Shown here: in pieces, positions 17,912-27,519 of the stretch | Layout: the number at the start of each line of letters is the position of its first letter | Position numbering within the stretch: position 1 is the first letter of the stretch | DNA from: a virus | Lineage: Duplodnaviria > Caudoviricetes | Reading direction: 5' to 3' (one strand) | DNA: 47,088 bases | IMG/VR virus record: IMGVR_UViG_3300014613_000035 | Span: 1 to 47,088 of that record | Made by a program: the position numbers and the translations under genes | The notes under the pieces: generated by a model | Seen by the model: only the letters and a program-made list of their open reading frames with translations | Database searches by the model: none | Told to the model about the DNA's origin: nothing

Positions 17912-18160
17912 ATGATTGCTGTAGAAAAATTCATAGCAGTTACTAGTAGTAATATTGATGCAATAGCTTTCGATGAAGAGAATTCTGATTTATATGTTTC
18001 TTTTCTAAATAAGAAAACAGGTTCGAGTACTCTTTATAAATATGCAAATGTAACTCAAGAAGTATTTGAAGAGTTGCGAGATGCTGATTCAAAAGGAAAG
18101 TTTATACATTCCCGAATCAAGGGTAGGTATGAATATAATAGAGTAGAAATAGAAGAATAA
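17912..18160 (+). CDS. KTSC domain protein
   Basis: VTSSNIDAIAFDE..LYVSF..YKYANV..ADSKGKF..IKGRY. Confidence 0.85.
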   Translation: MIAVEKFIAVTSSNIDAIAFDEENSDLYVSFLNKKTGSSTLYKYANVTQEVFEELRDADSKGKFIHSRIKGRYEYNRVEIEE

Positions 18161-18202
18161 CTTGTTCATGTTGGTTTCTCTACTATTACATTTACATTGT
18201 TG

Positions 18203-18256
18203 TCTTGTAAGGTAACGCCGCTATCTTGCAAGGTTGCACGATTATCATGCAAGGTT
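18203..18256 (+). repeat. three direct repeats TC(T/A)TG(T/C)AAGGT at 21-bp spacing
   Basis: Copies start at 18203, 18224 and 18245 in intergenic DNA. Confidence 0.6.
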
Positions 18257-18457
18257 CCATGTATGTCTTCCTCGGAGGATGGAGACCCTGAAATTCGGTA
18301 TGAGCATCCTCATTATAACCTTTTATTTACACTTTAGGGCGCATATAAACCTAAGCTCCTTTAGAAGACCAAATATTTCTTGTGTTATATTAATCCAGAA
18401 GATTGAGACTGTAAAAACAATTGGGTCGCCCAATTTGAAAGAAAAATGGAGTAAATA

Positions 18458-19480
18458 ATGGCCGCAACATCAATTGTAGTAACAAACGCCACTTCCAATA
18501 ACCTCTCGCTAGTTGGAGACAATGGTAAACCTCGTGTCGATATTAGTCATGTCGGAGGTGCTAATTACGAAAGTATCCTGATGACTGATGTAGAGGGAAA
18601 TATTCTTCTATGTGATACACTGTCTTCCTGGATTACATCTGGTAAAATCGTAGTAACCCGAGGTGGAGTAACTGTAACTGCTGCTCAGATGACAGCATTT
18701 AAGTCTCCTATGACTGCTGATATTTATGATCACGATCTGGATGATATATCTGATAAGGCCGAGCAGTTGGATTTTGTGGATGCGACTACCGTATTGGCGG
18801 CGGTTACTCCTTATACTGTTTTAGCTACTGATGATGTTATTGATGCTAATGTTACAACGGGTGTACTTAATCTCGTATTTCCTTCGGCGGCGGATTACGA
18901 CGGTCGTATAATAACTGTTCAAGATGTAGCAGGACTTGCGGCTACGAATAACATTACAATTACTCCAGATGGTGCTGAAACAATTGATGGTGTAGCTGCT
19001 CCTCTTGTATTGGATCGAGGTAATACTCAGATTAGTCTGAGATCTGATGGTGTGAGTAACTGGTACACAGATACTGCAAATGTTAGAGAGTTGTTTGCTG
19101 CTAGTGGCGCTACTGCATCTGGTAGAGCTATCATTGCTGCTGATGTTAAGGCTGTTGCTGAGACTAATGGAGCCGTTTCTGGTGTTGCTGGGCAGGATTT
19201 TGCACCTGAATCTATCACTGTTCACATGACTGCGTTTGGTGCAGCTCTTAATGGTAACTGTGAAATCACAGTTGGTACTACCACTCCTGGCGGTACAGAA
19301 ATTCTGGGTGTTACTGCACTCACTGGGTTGGATGCGCTAAATGAAACTTACAGGATTGCACTTACGGGCGCATTTCCTACAATTGCAGGTAATGCAACTT
19401 TGTATGTAAACGTAACAACGGCTGATACTGGTGCAGGTACTGGTACAGTTAATGTAATTATTGAAGGAAAACTTCTATAA
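18458..19480 (+). CDS. virion structural protein (decoration/fibre-like)
   Basis: A/T/G/V-rich; ITVQDVAG..NNITITPDGAETIDG module; C-domain paralogous to the next two genes. Confidence 0.6.
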   Translation: MAATSIVVTNATSNNLSLVGDNGKPRVDISHVGGANYESILMTDVEGNILLCDTLSSWITSGKIVVTRGGVTVTAAQMTAFKSPMTADIYDHDLDDISDKAEQLDFVDATTVLAAVTPYTVLATDDVIDANVTTGVLNLVFPSAADYDGRIITVQDVAGLAATNNITITPDGAETIDGVAAPLVLDRGNTQISLRSDGVSNWYTDTANVRELFAASGATASGRAIIAADVKAVAETNGAVSGVAGQDFAPESITVHMTAFGAALNGNCEITVGTTTPGGTEILGVTALTGLDALNETYRIALTGAFPTIAGNATLYVNVTTADTGAGTGTVNVIIEGKLL

Positions 19481-19505
19481 ATAGGTAGAAGAAGGAGTAT
19501 GAAAA

Positions 19506-19997
19506 ATGACTATTAGACTGAGCCCAACGAAGGTACTTACTGGAGTAGAAGGAATTGCACTCACTACCCACCGTACCAGTGTAGGTACTGATCATGCTAA
19601 TTTGGCTGCAAAGCCGCGTGTTGTAGTAGCTGGATGTGAAGTTGAGACTCTCAACAATGAGCAATCCACAGCTATCGGCGGAAGTGCTGCAAACGAGTTT
19701 GTTCCTATAGCACTAATCTTCCATATGGAAGCTGTTGGTGTAGGTGCGGCTGCTAATGGTGACGTTGTGGTTACAGTTGGCATCACCACAGGTGGTACTG
19801 AGATTTTGGGTGTTACTACCCTAACCAATCTCATAGCTCTGAATACTCGATTTGTAGTAGCTTTGACAGGATTGACAGCCACTATTCCAGCTGACTCTAC
19901 AATTTATTGTAAGGTTACCACGGCTGATACTACGGCTGGTGCTGGCCACCTACTGGACTGCTACTTGATTGGTGAAACGTTTGTAAGTGGTACCTAA
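19506..19997 (+). CDS. virion structural protein, tandem paralog A
   Basis: 163 aa, colinear with 20040..20531. Confidence 0.65.
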   Translation: MTIRLSPTKVLTGVEGIALTTHRTSVGTDHANLAAKPRVVVAGCEVETLNNEQSTAIGGSAANEFVPIALIFHMEAVGVGAAANGDVVVTVGITTGGTEILGVTTLTNLIALNTRFVVALTGLTATIPADSTIYCKVTTADTTAGAGHLLDCYLIGETFVSGT

Positions 19998-20039
19998 GAT
20001 AACGAAGGTCGGTGTAAATAGAAAGGTAGGTGGTTTAAT

Positions 20040-20531
20040 ATGAGTATCAAGCTTAGTCCAGCTAAAACTCTTACTGGTGTTGAGGCAGTCGCGCTTACCA
20101 CTCACCGTACCAGTGTAGGTGTTGATCATACTAACTTGGCTGTGATGCCTCGTGTTTTAGTACCAGGGCTTACAATCAATATATTGAATCATGAGCTAAG
20201 TACAGCTATAGGTTTGAGTGCTGGGAGTGAATTTGTTCCAAGGATAGCTATTGCTCATATGGAAGCTATTAGTGGAGCAGGTGCAACTGGTGATACTCAG
20301 ATTACGATTGGCACCTCTGCTGCTGGTACGCAAATTCTTACTGCTACTGCATTGACTGGTTTGATTGCGTTGAACAGCCACTTTATAATAGCTCTTGGTA
20401 CTGCAGTGACTGCTACGTTGACTGCCGATTCAACAATTTATTGTAAGGTTACTACTAAGGATACTTCTGCTGGTGCTGGGCATCTTCTTGATGTTTATAT
20501 TCTTGGTGAAGTATTTGTGAGTGGGACCTAA
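20040..20531 (+). CDS. virion structural protein, tandem paralog B
   Basis: LTTHRTSVG, ADSTIYCKVTT and AGAGHLLD shared with paralog A. Confidence 0.65.
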   Translation: MSIKLSPAKTLTGVEAVALTTHRTSVGVDHTNLAVMPRVLVPGLTINILNHELSTAIGLSAGSEFVPRIAIAHMEAISGAGATGDTQITIGTSAAGTQILTATALTGLIALNSHFIIALGTAVTATLTADSTIYCKVTTKDTSAGAGHLLDVYILGEVFVSGT

Positions 20532-20579
20532 ATAATACCACTCTGATCTTCCCGCTCTTTAAAATCTCTACAAAGTGAC

Positions 20580-21560
20580 ATGTTATACTCCATCGTGGAG
20601 ATATGTAATATGTTGAATCTCATAATTGAAGATAATAGGTTGAATGGTGCTGTACGAGGTCTTCCTTTAGTTAAGGAATGTACTAAGTGTGGGGAATGTA
20701 AAGCTATTGATGAATTTTATAAGGCGAAGAATGGGAAGTATGGAAAACTATCTATGTGTAAAGAGTGCTACTCTAAGGATAACAAACGATATATTGCCGA
20801 GAATAATAATCCCAGAAAAACTGAGGGAACTAAAGTTTGTACTAAATGTGGTGGGGAGAAAGATGTAAGTGAGTTTTCTTCTCGTAAGAGAAATAAGGAT
20901 GGTCTTCTCGAAAAATGTAAAGCTTGTTGTGCTGAATATAATAAAGAAAAGAAAGAACGATCTGTTTTAGTTACTGAAGGAATTAAAGCTTGTTCTAGAT
21001 GCGGAAAAGAAAAGTCAGTATTGGAATTTGGAAAATTATCGACAAGTTCTGATGGTTTAAATTATTGGTGTAAAGAATGTGAGAATAAACGAAAGAAAGT
21101 ACAGCGTACTAAACACCGTGTTAAACATTTGAATTATGCTAAGATGCATAGAGCTGAAATATGGGCAAATGAAAACAAAAGAAGGAAAACTGATATTACC
21201 TATAAACTGGCTTGTAGTCTTAGAACAAGGACTAATCTTGCAGTAAAGAAGGGCTGGAAGTCTGGTTCTGCAGTCCGAGATTTAGGATGCTCAATTGAAT
21301 TCTTTAAGGAGTACTTAGAATCTCAATTTACTGAAGGTATGACTTGGGATAATTGGGGTCGGGGTCATGGTTGTTGGAATATAGATCATATAATTCCGTT
21401 AGTTTCTTTTGATTTAACAATAAGAGAACAATTCCTAGAAGCAGCCCATTATACCAATATGCAGCCTTTATGGTTTGAAGATAATATGTCTAAAGGTAGT
21501 AAACTAGATTGGATTAGAAGTACTCAGCATGATGAAGTCCAAGACTATATATTTTATTAA
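20580..21560 (+). CDS. HNH homing endonuclease with three Zn-finger repeats (start may be 20609)
   Basis: KECTKC/KVCTKC/KACSRC; LGCS..GMTWDNWG..WNIDHIIP..HYTNMQPLW..DN..KG. Confidence 0.85.
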   Translation: MLYSIVEICNMLNLIIEDNRLNGAVRGLPLVKECTKCGECKAIDEFYKAKNGKYGKLSMCKECYSKDNKRYIAENNNPRKTEGTKVCTKCGGEKDVSEFSSRKRNKDGLLEKCKACCAEYNKEKKERSVLVTEGIKACSRCGKEKSVLEFGKLSTSSDGLNYWCKECENKRKKVQRTKHRVKHLNYAKMHRAEIWANENKRRKTDITYKLACSLRTRTNLAVKKGWKSGSAVRDLGCSIEFFKEYLESQFTEGMTWDNWGRGHGCWNIDHIIPLVSFDLTIREQFLEAAHYTNMQPLWFEDNMSKGSKLDWIRSTQHDEVQDYIFY

Positions 21561-21575
21561 AGATAGGAGTTAGCT

Positions 21576-22271
21576 ATGCCTTTATGGACCTCAGTATTTC
21601 CAGCAGCACTCGATACATTCACTGCTGGCCCACAAATAGACGGCGTAGACACCGTTTGGGCGAATAATGTTAACCAACCTGCCGCTTCCATCGAAGCTAT
21701 CGAAACAAAATTAGGTGTAACTGGTGGAAATACCACAGGTGTAGGTGGATATTCGTTTCAAGCAGCGGGTAAGGCAGCTTTCCCAGGTGCTGGAGGTGAT
21801 CCTACGTTATGGGTTGATAACTCCATGGGTCCTGGATTTATATTAACGTATACAGATGAGCTTGGAACAGACTGGCCGATCAATTCTTTATCCAATATCG
21901 GTGTTGGATATACTGTGGCCGATCCTGCAATTGCAGTTGGAGATCTAGTAGGTATTGATCCTGCTGGTGCTGCAGATGATGTAGTTAGAGCTGATGCCAA
22001 TGCTGGTACTGTATATCAAATGCATGGAGTTGTTATCGGCATTTATGGTGCTGGGGTTCTATGCGATATTTTATATTGTGGAGAGATTCAGAATGCAGCT
22101 TGGACTGGTTTGTTTACTCAGGGAATGCCAGTATATCTAGGAACTAAGGGAGTCAACAGCGGGCTTGCTGCTGCACCTCCTGGAGGTATTGGATCTATTC
22201 AACAGGAAATTGGATTTTTTAGAAATACCGATACGTTGGTTGTGAGACCTACATTGGTATCTACAATATAG
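21576..22271 (+). CDS. virion structural protein (cement/fibre-base-like)
   Basis: N-terminal FPAALD..AIETKLG; C-terminal VGDLVGI..RADA..GMPVYL beta domain. Confidence 0.55.
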   Translation: MPLWTSVFPAALDTFTAGPQIDGVDTVWANNVNQPAASIEAIETKLGVTGGNTTGVGGYSFQAAGKAAFPGAGGDPTLWVDNSMGPGFILTYTDELGTDWPINSLSNIGVGYTVADPAIAVGDLVGIDPAGAADDVVRADANAGTVYQMHGVVIGIYGAGVLCDILYCGEIQNAAWTGLFTQGMPVYLGTKGVNSGLAAAPPGGIGSIQQEIGFFRNTDTLVVRPTLVSTI

Positions 22272-22280
22272 GAGCGTTTT

Positions 22281-24455
22281 ATGGCTGATTTATTTCCCAT
22301 TGTACGACCTGCGGCATCTGGAGGAGCTAGAAATCTAGATGAAAATGCTGATACCTTATTAGCAGGAACTCTAGATCGTACTACTGCTGGAGTTCTTAGA
22401 GTTGGTACATCTGTTGCTACTACTGTAGGAATAGGTAGTGCTACATGTTTAGTTGATATTGATGCATCTTCTGTTACGCTAGATTCTGCTGGGAGTATTT
22501 CAATTGATGGTGTTGGAGCTTCTAATCTTACAATAGATACTGGAAATTTAACTATAAACACCACTACGAGTGGAAATATAAGCTTAGACTCTATAGGTAA
22601 TATAGAGTCTAATGCAGACGGCACTAATATTGTTCACGGTGCTGGAGTTACAATTATCTCAGATGGTGGAATTTTAAATATCACTGGCGACGGCGCTGCC
22701 GATATAAACTTTAGTAATGTTGGTGGAGAAATAGATGTTGATGCCGATATTCTGACAATAGATACAACTGCTGGCATCACAATGGATGCAACTCAGGATA
22801 TATCTTTAGATGCTGCATGGGCTTCAAATTTTTCTGTTACTGGAGCTAGCTTAACTCTTTCTACAATTACAAGCGGATCTCTTATTCTGACGGGTGCTGG
22901 TCTTGTTGATATAAATGCAGGTGCTAATCTAGATATAGACGTAACAGGCAATTTCACCATGGACTCCACTGGAACCTTTTCAGTGGATGGTGTTGGTGCA
23001 AGTAATGTTACTACCAGCACTGGAGATTTAACAGTATCAACAATAGTCAGTGGATCTCTAATATTAACAGGAATTGCTTTAGTTGATATAAATGCAGGAG
23101 CAAATCTAGATATAGATGTTACTGGAAGTACAACAATAGATTCAACAACAAATATTTCATTGGATGCAGCTACTGCTTCCAATTTCACTGTATCGGGTGC
23201 TACAGCGGATCTTACGTTAGGTGCCAGGGGAACAACAATAACCCTAAATGAGCTTGGACAAACCAGCTATAGTGGTTCTGCAACATCTATTATAGGTGCT
23301 CTTAATGAGAATGCAGCAGCAATTGCTAATACTACTTTAGATGTAGCTTATAATAATTCTGCCGGTGCTTCTTTAGTAACCGTTGATGTTGGAGACCTTA
23401 CATTTTCACCAACAAATGCATTTTCGTTTATTGTTGATTTAGCTGCAATTACTGGAACTGCTGATGGTTTCTTTATCACAGACGGGACCGACAACTTCAA
23501 CCTGATTCATAAGGGTGTAAACGATTTAGACCTGGATGCAGACCTTGGTGAATTTAATATTGCTGCTGCCAGTGCTTCGTTGATAACTGTGGCTGGTGCC
23601 AATCTTTCTTTTACCACCACTGGCAGTGGAAATATAATTGTTAATGCAGTTGATACTTTAGATATTGATGCTGGCGCGGCATCTACGGTAGATATTCTGG
23701 ATGCGTTGACCATCAACACTGCTGGTCAAACAGACATTATTACCAGTAAAAATGGAATCACAATACAAGCCACAAGTGCAACTGCTGGTCAAATAATTAT
23801 TACTACTGCATCTGAAGACATTCTTATACAGACCACTGGGGCAGTTGCTCCGAACGGCGCTCCTGGCGATTCTGTTTTTATCACTTCCGATCATGGTAAA
23901 GTAGACATTGATGGTAATGTTTCAGTTTTGATTGATTCAGCAGGTCTTATTTCAATTGATGCAGTAACTACAATTGATTGGTCAGGGACGAATGCTTCAT
24001 TGACGACTGCAGGCGCTCTTGCGATTGCGAGTGATTTTACCCTGACTGGCGGTGGTACGATTGGCACCACCGCTGCTGGCAATCTAACCCTGGCTCCACA
24101 TACTACCGGGCTTATTGTTTGTAGCAATGATACCGACATGAACGGCGACTTCTTACAGACAGTAGCAGCAACCGTGACTTCGGCAACCTATACAGTTCTT
24201 ACAGGAGACGCAACGGTATTTATAAATTACGCTGGAGCAGTGACAATCACAGTTCCATCAGCATTGATAGCCAAAACAGGCTGGACGTGTTTATTCAAGG
24301 ATATTTCTTTAAATGCATCGGTTCATAATATCAGCATTGTAACAGCGGGTGCCGAAGAAATCGAAGGCGAGACCGATGCCCTGATAGATGTAGATGGAGC
24401 GGTATTGGAATTGAGATCTGATGGAACTGACCTTTGGGACATCACTAGGAGGTAG
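22281..24455 (+). CDS. long beta-repeat fibre/spike protein
   Basis: 724 aa T/A/G/I/D-rich with internal ~60-aa repeats (SGSLILTG..LVDINAGANLDIDVTG twice); C-terminal module shared with 18458. Confidence 0.65.
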   Translation: MADLFPIVRPAASGGARNLDENADTLLAGTLDRTTAGVLRVGTSVATTVGIGSATCLVDIDASSVTLDSAGSISIDGVGASNLTIDTGNLTINTTTSGNISLDSIGNIESNADGTNIVHGAGVTIISDGGILNITGDGAADINFSNVGGEIDVDADILTIDTTAGITMDATQDISLDAAWASNFSVTGASLTLSTITSGSLILTGAGLVDINAGANLDIDVTGNFTMDSTGTFSVDGVGASNVTTSTGDLTVSTIVSGSLILTGIALVDINAGANLDIDVTGSTTIDSTTNISLDAATASNFTVSGATADLTLGARGTTITLNELGQTSYSGSATSIIGALNENAAAIANTTLDVAYNNSAGASLVTVDVGDLTFSPTNAFSFIVDLAAITGTADGFFITDGTDNFNLIHKGVNDLDLDADLGEFNIAAASASLITVAGANLSFTTTGSGNIIVNAVDTLDIDAGAASTVDILDALTINTAGQTDIITSKNGITIQATSATAGQIIITTASEDILIQTTGAVAPNGAPGDSVFITSDHGKVDIDGNVSVLIDSAGLISIDAVTTIDWSGTNASLTTAGALAIASDFTLTGGGTIGTTAAGNLTLAPHTTGLIVCSNDTDMNGDFLQTVAATVTSATYTVLTGDATVFINYAGAVTITVPSALIAKTGWTCLFKDISLNASVHNISIVTAGAEEIEGETDALIDVDGAVLELRSDGTDLWDITRR

Positions 24456-24461
24456 TAAAAA

Positions 24462-24899
24462 ATGAGTACATATAAAATAGGCGCTGGTTATGATTCAGGA
24501 CTCGATGCACTCAGGGTCATCAATGTGCAGTCTATAGCCGATCAGTACATAGGGGAAATACTAGTTGAGGTAGTCAATGGAGTTGATAATACATACTACT
24601 ACTATGTAGATATGGATACATTCCGTTCATCTGGATACCAACTCATTCTCAGTGGTGGGTCTGGAACCTGCACTGTGACCATTGAAGCTACTTGGGAACG
24701 TGATGAACTTCCTGCTAGCTGCACTTATGCGGACGTGACTTTTGACATTACCGGAGCCACCACAATTACCGCTAGTGATGCTGTGGCTGACAATGCAAAC
24801 AAGGTGGCGACTGCAAAATATGTTCGGTTTAAAGTTGTTGCTTCCACTGGTGGAGCCAATGACGCCGACTGGACGATTTATGCCGGTCGTTTGTACTAG
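24462..24899 (+). CDS. virion structural protein (beta-sandwich-like)
   Basis: TVTIEAT..YADVT..KYVRFKVV. Confidence 0.55.
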   Translation: MSTYKIGAGYDSGLDALRVINVQSIADQYIGEILVEVVNGVDNTYYYYVDMDTFRSSGYQLILSGGSGTCTVTIEATWERDELPASCTYADVTFDITGATTITASDAVADNANKVATAKYVRFKVVASTGGANDADWTIYAGRLY

Positions 24900-24905
24900 G
24901 AGGTT

Positions 24906-25247
24906 ATGATGTTTTGTAGTTCAGATAAATTTTTTTATCTAGGCAACATTGGTGAAGATTTGGCAAGTGCAAATGATATGGCTTCCCCTACGGCCAACTA
25001 CTGTGTGGTTACTGGGTCAACTCAGATTAATACCATGGCAACAACCAATATCACGATAGGGACGTTTATTGCTTTACAATTCAAAGCTGCTGTTACCGTG
25101 AAACGTGTTACTGCTGGGGCTGGGGCACAATTTGATCTTGGGGCAACTGGGGATTTTGCGGCCCAAGTTGGAGATACCTTGTTTGTTGTTTACGATGGTA
25201 CATACTGGAGAGAAATATCCAGAACAGTTATTTATGTGGTCGCCTAA
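24906..25247 (+). CDS. fibre-associated protein
   Basis: GDTLFVVYDGTYWREISR terminal motif. Confidence 0.55.
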   Translation: MMFCSSDKFFYLGNIGEDLASANDMASPTANYCVVTGSTQINTMATTNITIGTFIALQFKAAVTVKRVTAGAGAQFDLGATGDFAAQVGDTLFVVYDGTYWREISRTVIYVVA

Positions 25248-25264
25248 TTGAAGGAGTAGAAACA

Positions 25265-25588
25265 ATGGCATGGAAAGATGAAGCACCAATATTAGCAGGG
25301 GCTGGAATTACTAAGAAGCAATTGGAAGCACTCTTTGAGAATATTCCAAAACCCAAGGAGCCCAAGCCAGAACCAGTGATAACAGGGACTAAAATAAACA
25401 AGGTTCTAAACGGCTTTTTTGTTGAAGGTATTGAAGCGGCTGGTGGAGAAATGAAGCTGGCTCAAAAGAGTAAGCTAAAGATTGCTCAACTCAAGGCGAT
25501 TATGAAAGAGGTTGGCGCGTACAAGGCGATGTGGGACGCAATCAACAACCCCCCAGAAGAGCCAGGGGAGCCCGAGGAGCCCGCGTAG
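25265..25588 (+). CDS. hypothetical protein
   Basis: aaggag RBS. Confidence 0.6.
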   Translation: MAWKDEAPILAGAGITKKQLEALFENIPKPKEPKPEPVITGTKINKVLNGFFVEGIEAAGGEMKLAQKSKLKIAQLKAIMKEVGAYKAMWDAINNPPEEPGEPEEPA

Positions 25589-26902
25589 ATGGGAACCCTG
25601 ATACGACATTCTACCCCCGCTGAGAGATTCTGCAAGTGCTCGCTTGCCCTTGGGTTCGATAGCTCCGAAGACGTAGCAAGGGCTAGTGGAGTCATCTCAG
25701 GTACTCCCACTATTGCCGGTGGCTTGGCAACTCTCAATGGAACTACTGGCTACATCACATATGCCTTGACCGGCAATGAATTCAACAGTGCTGAGATTAG
25801 TATTGTGATCGAGTTCTGGCCGGATTTTGATACAGATGAAAATGTTGCAAGGATGTTGTTTGATAGCACTACAAGTAATAGATATTTATGTTATAAACAA
25901 ACAAACGCTAATAGTAATGTGCTTACTATTTTTCTTGGAAATATCCTAATAGCTTCAATTGCAGAAGCAACTTATTCGCCATTTTGGTTGGTTGGACAAA
26001 GAAATGTTTTACAAATTAGCGGAACATCTACTGATACTTCTGCATGGTTGAATGGAAATCTGATACTTGACGCCGATGCAACTGCTTGGACTGCGAAAAC
26101 CCCTGTTACTTTTTATATAGGATCAGAACACAATACGTTTAAGAGATTCGACGGCAAAATAGGCCCCATCAAAGTGTTCAAGGGACTTCTTACTGCTCAA
26201 GATGCTTTAAATTTTTACAACAAAAATACGTATGCGTATCGTGAAAATTATGCTTTCCATCTTCCAATGCGTGCGCAAGAGCATGACCCGACGAATACAC
26301 AAACTTTGGATATACAAAATTCCAACCATGGAGCATTTGGAGCAGGCGCAGCGGAGCCAACGAAAAATAGTGGTAGAGGTTACTATTACGATGGTGGCGA
26401 TTATCTCTTAATCGCCGATAGTGTAGATTTACGAATACGAACAAATGATTTTGCAATAGGCGTGCTATTTAAACGAACTACAGCGGGCACAAACAAGGCT
26501 CTAATCGCCAAGGGTGCTGCTGGTGCTGGCCAATGGGAGTTAGAATTCGGCAATCCATCTTCTGAAATACGATTCTTTGAAGACGGTGGTTTGATAAATC
26601 TCTCATGGGACCAAGGCGATGATTCATTTTGGGATGGAAGATATCATACTGTTATCGTATCGAGAATTGACGCTGTAATCTCTATGTATATCGACGGTTA
26701 TCTACGAGCTTCTTCGGCTGGGGTGGGTACTGTTGATATGGATGCCACAGACGATATTTCGATAGGAGCGGCCACCGAGGGTTCATCCAATTGGTTTACT
26801 GGAGATATTTTGGATGTAATATTTTTACCCAGTGAAGGCATGACGGCACTTAGGGCAGCGGACCTTCACATTCGTACAATGAAATCGATTAACCAGGTGT
26901 AA
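25589..26902 (+). CDS. LamG/concanavalin-A-like domain protein (two domains)
   Basis: FYIGS..FDGKIGPIKVF; DGRYHTV..MYIDG..ISIGA..FTGDILDV. Confidence 0.75.
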   Translation: MGTLIRHSTPAERFCKCSLALGFDSSEDVARASGVISGTPTIAGGLATLNGTTGYITYALTGNEFNSAEISIVIEFWPDFDTDENVARMLFDSTTSNRYLCYKQTNANSNVLTIFLGNILIASIAEATYSPFWLVGQRNVLQISGTSTDTSAWLNGNLILDADATAWTAKTPVTFYIGSEHNTFKRFDGKIGPIKVFKGLLTAQDALNFYNKNTYAYRENYAFHLPMRAQEHDPTNTQTLDIQNSNHGAFGAGAAEPTKNSGRGYYYDGGDYLLIADSVDLRIRTNDFAIGVLFKRTTAGTNKALIAKGAAGAGQWELEFGNPSSEIRFFEDGGLINLSWDQGDDSFWDGRYHTVIVSRIDAVISMYIDGYLRASSAGVGTVDMDATDDISIGAATEGSSNWFTGDILDVIFLPSEGMTALRAADLHIRTMKSINQV

Positions 26903-26904
26903 CC

Positions 26905-27519
26905 ATGCATGCCATTATCAAAAAGCTGAGAATAGAGGGCGCGCTGGTTGGGCATTGGGACTTTCGGCTAGGACATCTCCTGGACATATCGGGCAATGGC
27001 AACCACGGGGTTGGTACGGACATTTATTGGACGAATGCTGGGGTTAGGTTTCCTGGGACAACAAGCAAAATCACGGTGGCGGATAGCGCGGAGTTGCAAT
27101 TGACCACGGGGGCATTGGTTGTTTTTAGTTCTATTCCTTTTACAGCCAAGGGAACTGCTAGAATAATTTGCAAAAGAGATGCTGGTGGGACTAATTATGA
27201 TTTTAATTATAATACAACAACGATAAATATCTATGATGGTTCAAATGAACGTACACGAACAGCTAATTTTACTGGCAAAAATCTAGTAGGAATTAATATG
27301 CCAACTGCTGGTGGCACCTGCGAGGGATTTCTAGATAATATCAGCAATGGAAACTATAGCAGCACAAGTACTTTCACGGCCAATGATGCACCTTTAATAT
27401 TGGGGAACTATTATAACGGCTCATTACAGTTTGATAATAATGCTTCAGCATTTCTCATATTCAACAGAATCCTTACAGCCACAGAATGGTCCCAACTCTA
27501 CGGGGAGTTATCACAATGA
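26905..27519 (+). CDS. LamG-like domain protein
   Basis: LVGHWDF..DISGNGNHG..LILGN..FNRILTATE. Confidence 0.75.
   Translation: MHAIIKKLRIEGALVGHWDFRLGHLLDISGNGNHGVGTDIYWTNAGVRFPGTTSKITVADSAELQLTTGALVVFSSIPFTAKGTARIICKRDAGGTNYDFNYNTTTINIYDGSNERTRTANFTGKNLVGINMPTAGGTCEGFLDNISNGNYSSTSTFTANDAPLILGNYYNGSLQFDNNASAFLIFNRILTATEWSQLYGELSQ

Noticed and set aside
16577-25591. TAG stop-codon reassignment suggested by in-frame TAG-ATG junctions at 16579/16580 and 25588/25589
   Set aside because: Long conserved genes are not broken by TAG, and several TAG stops are followed by a normal RBS and start
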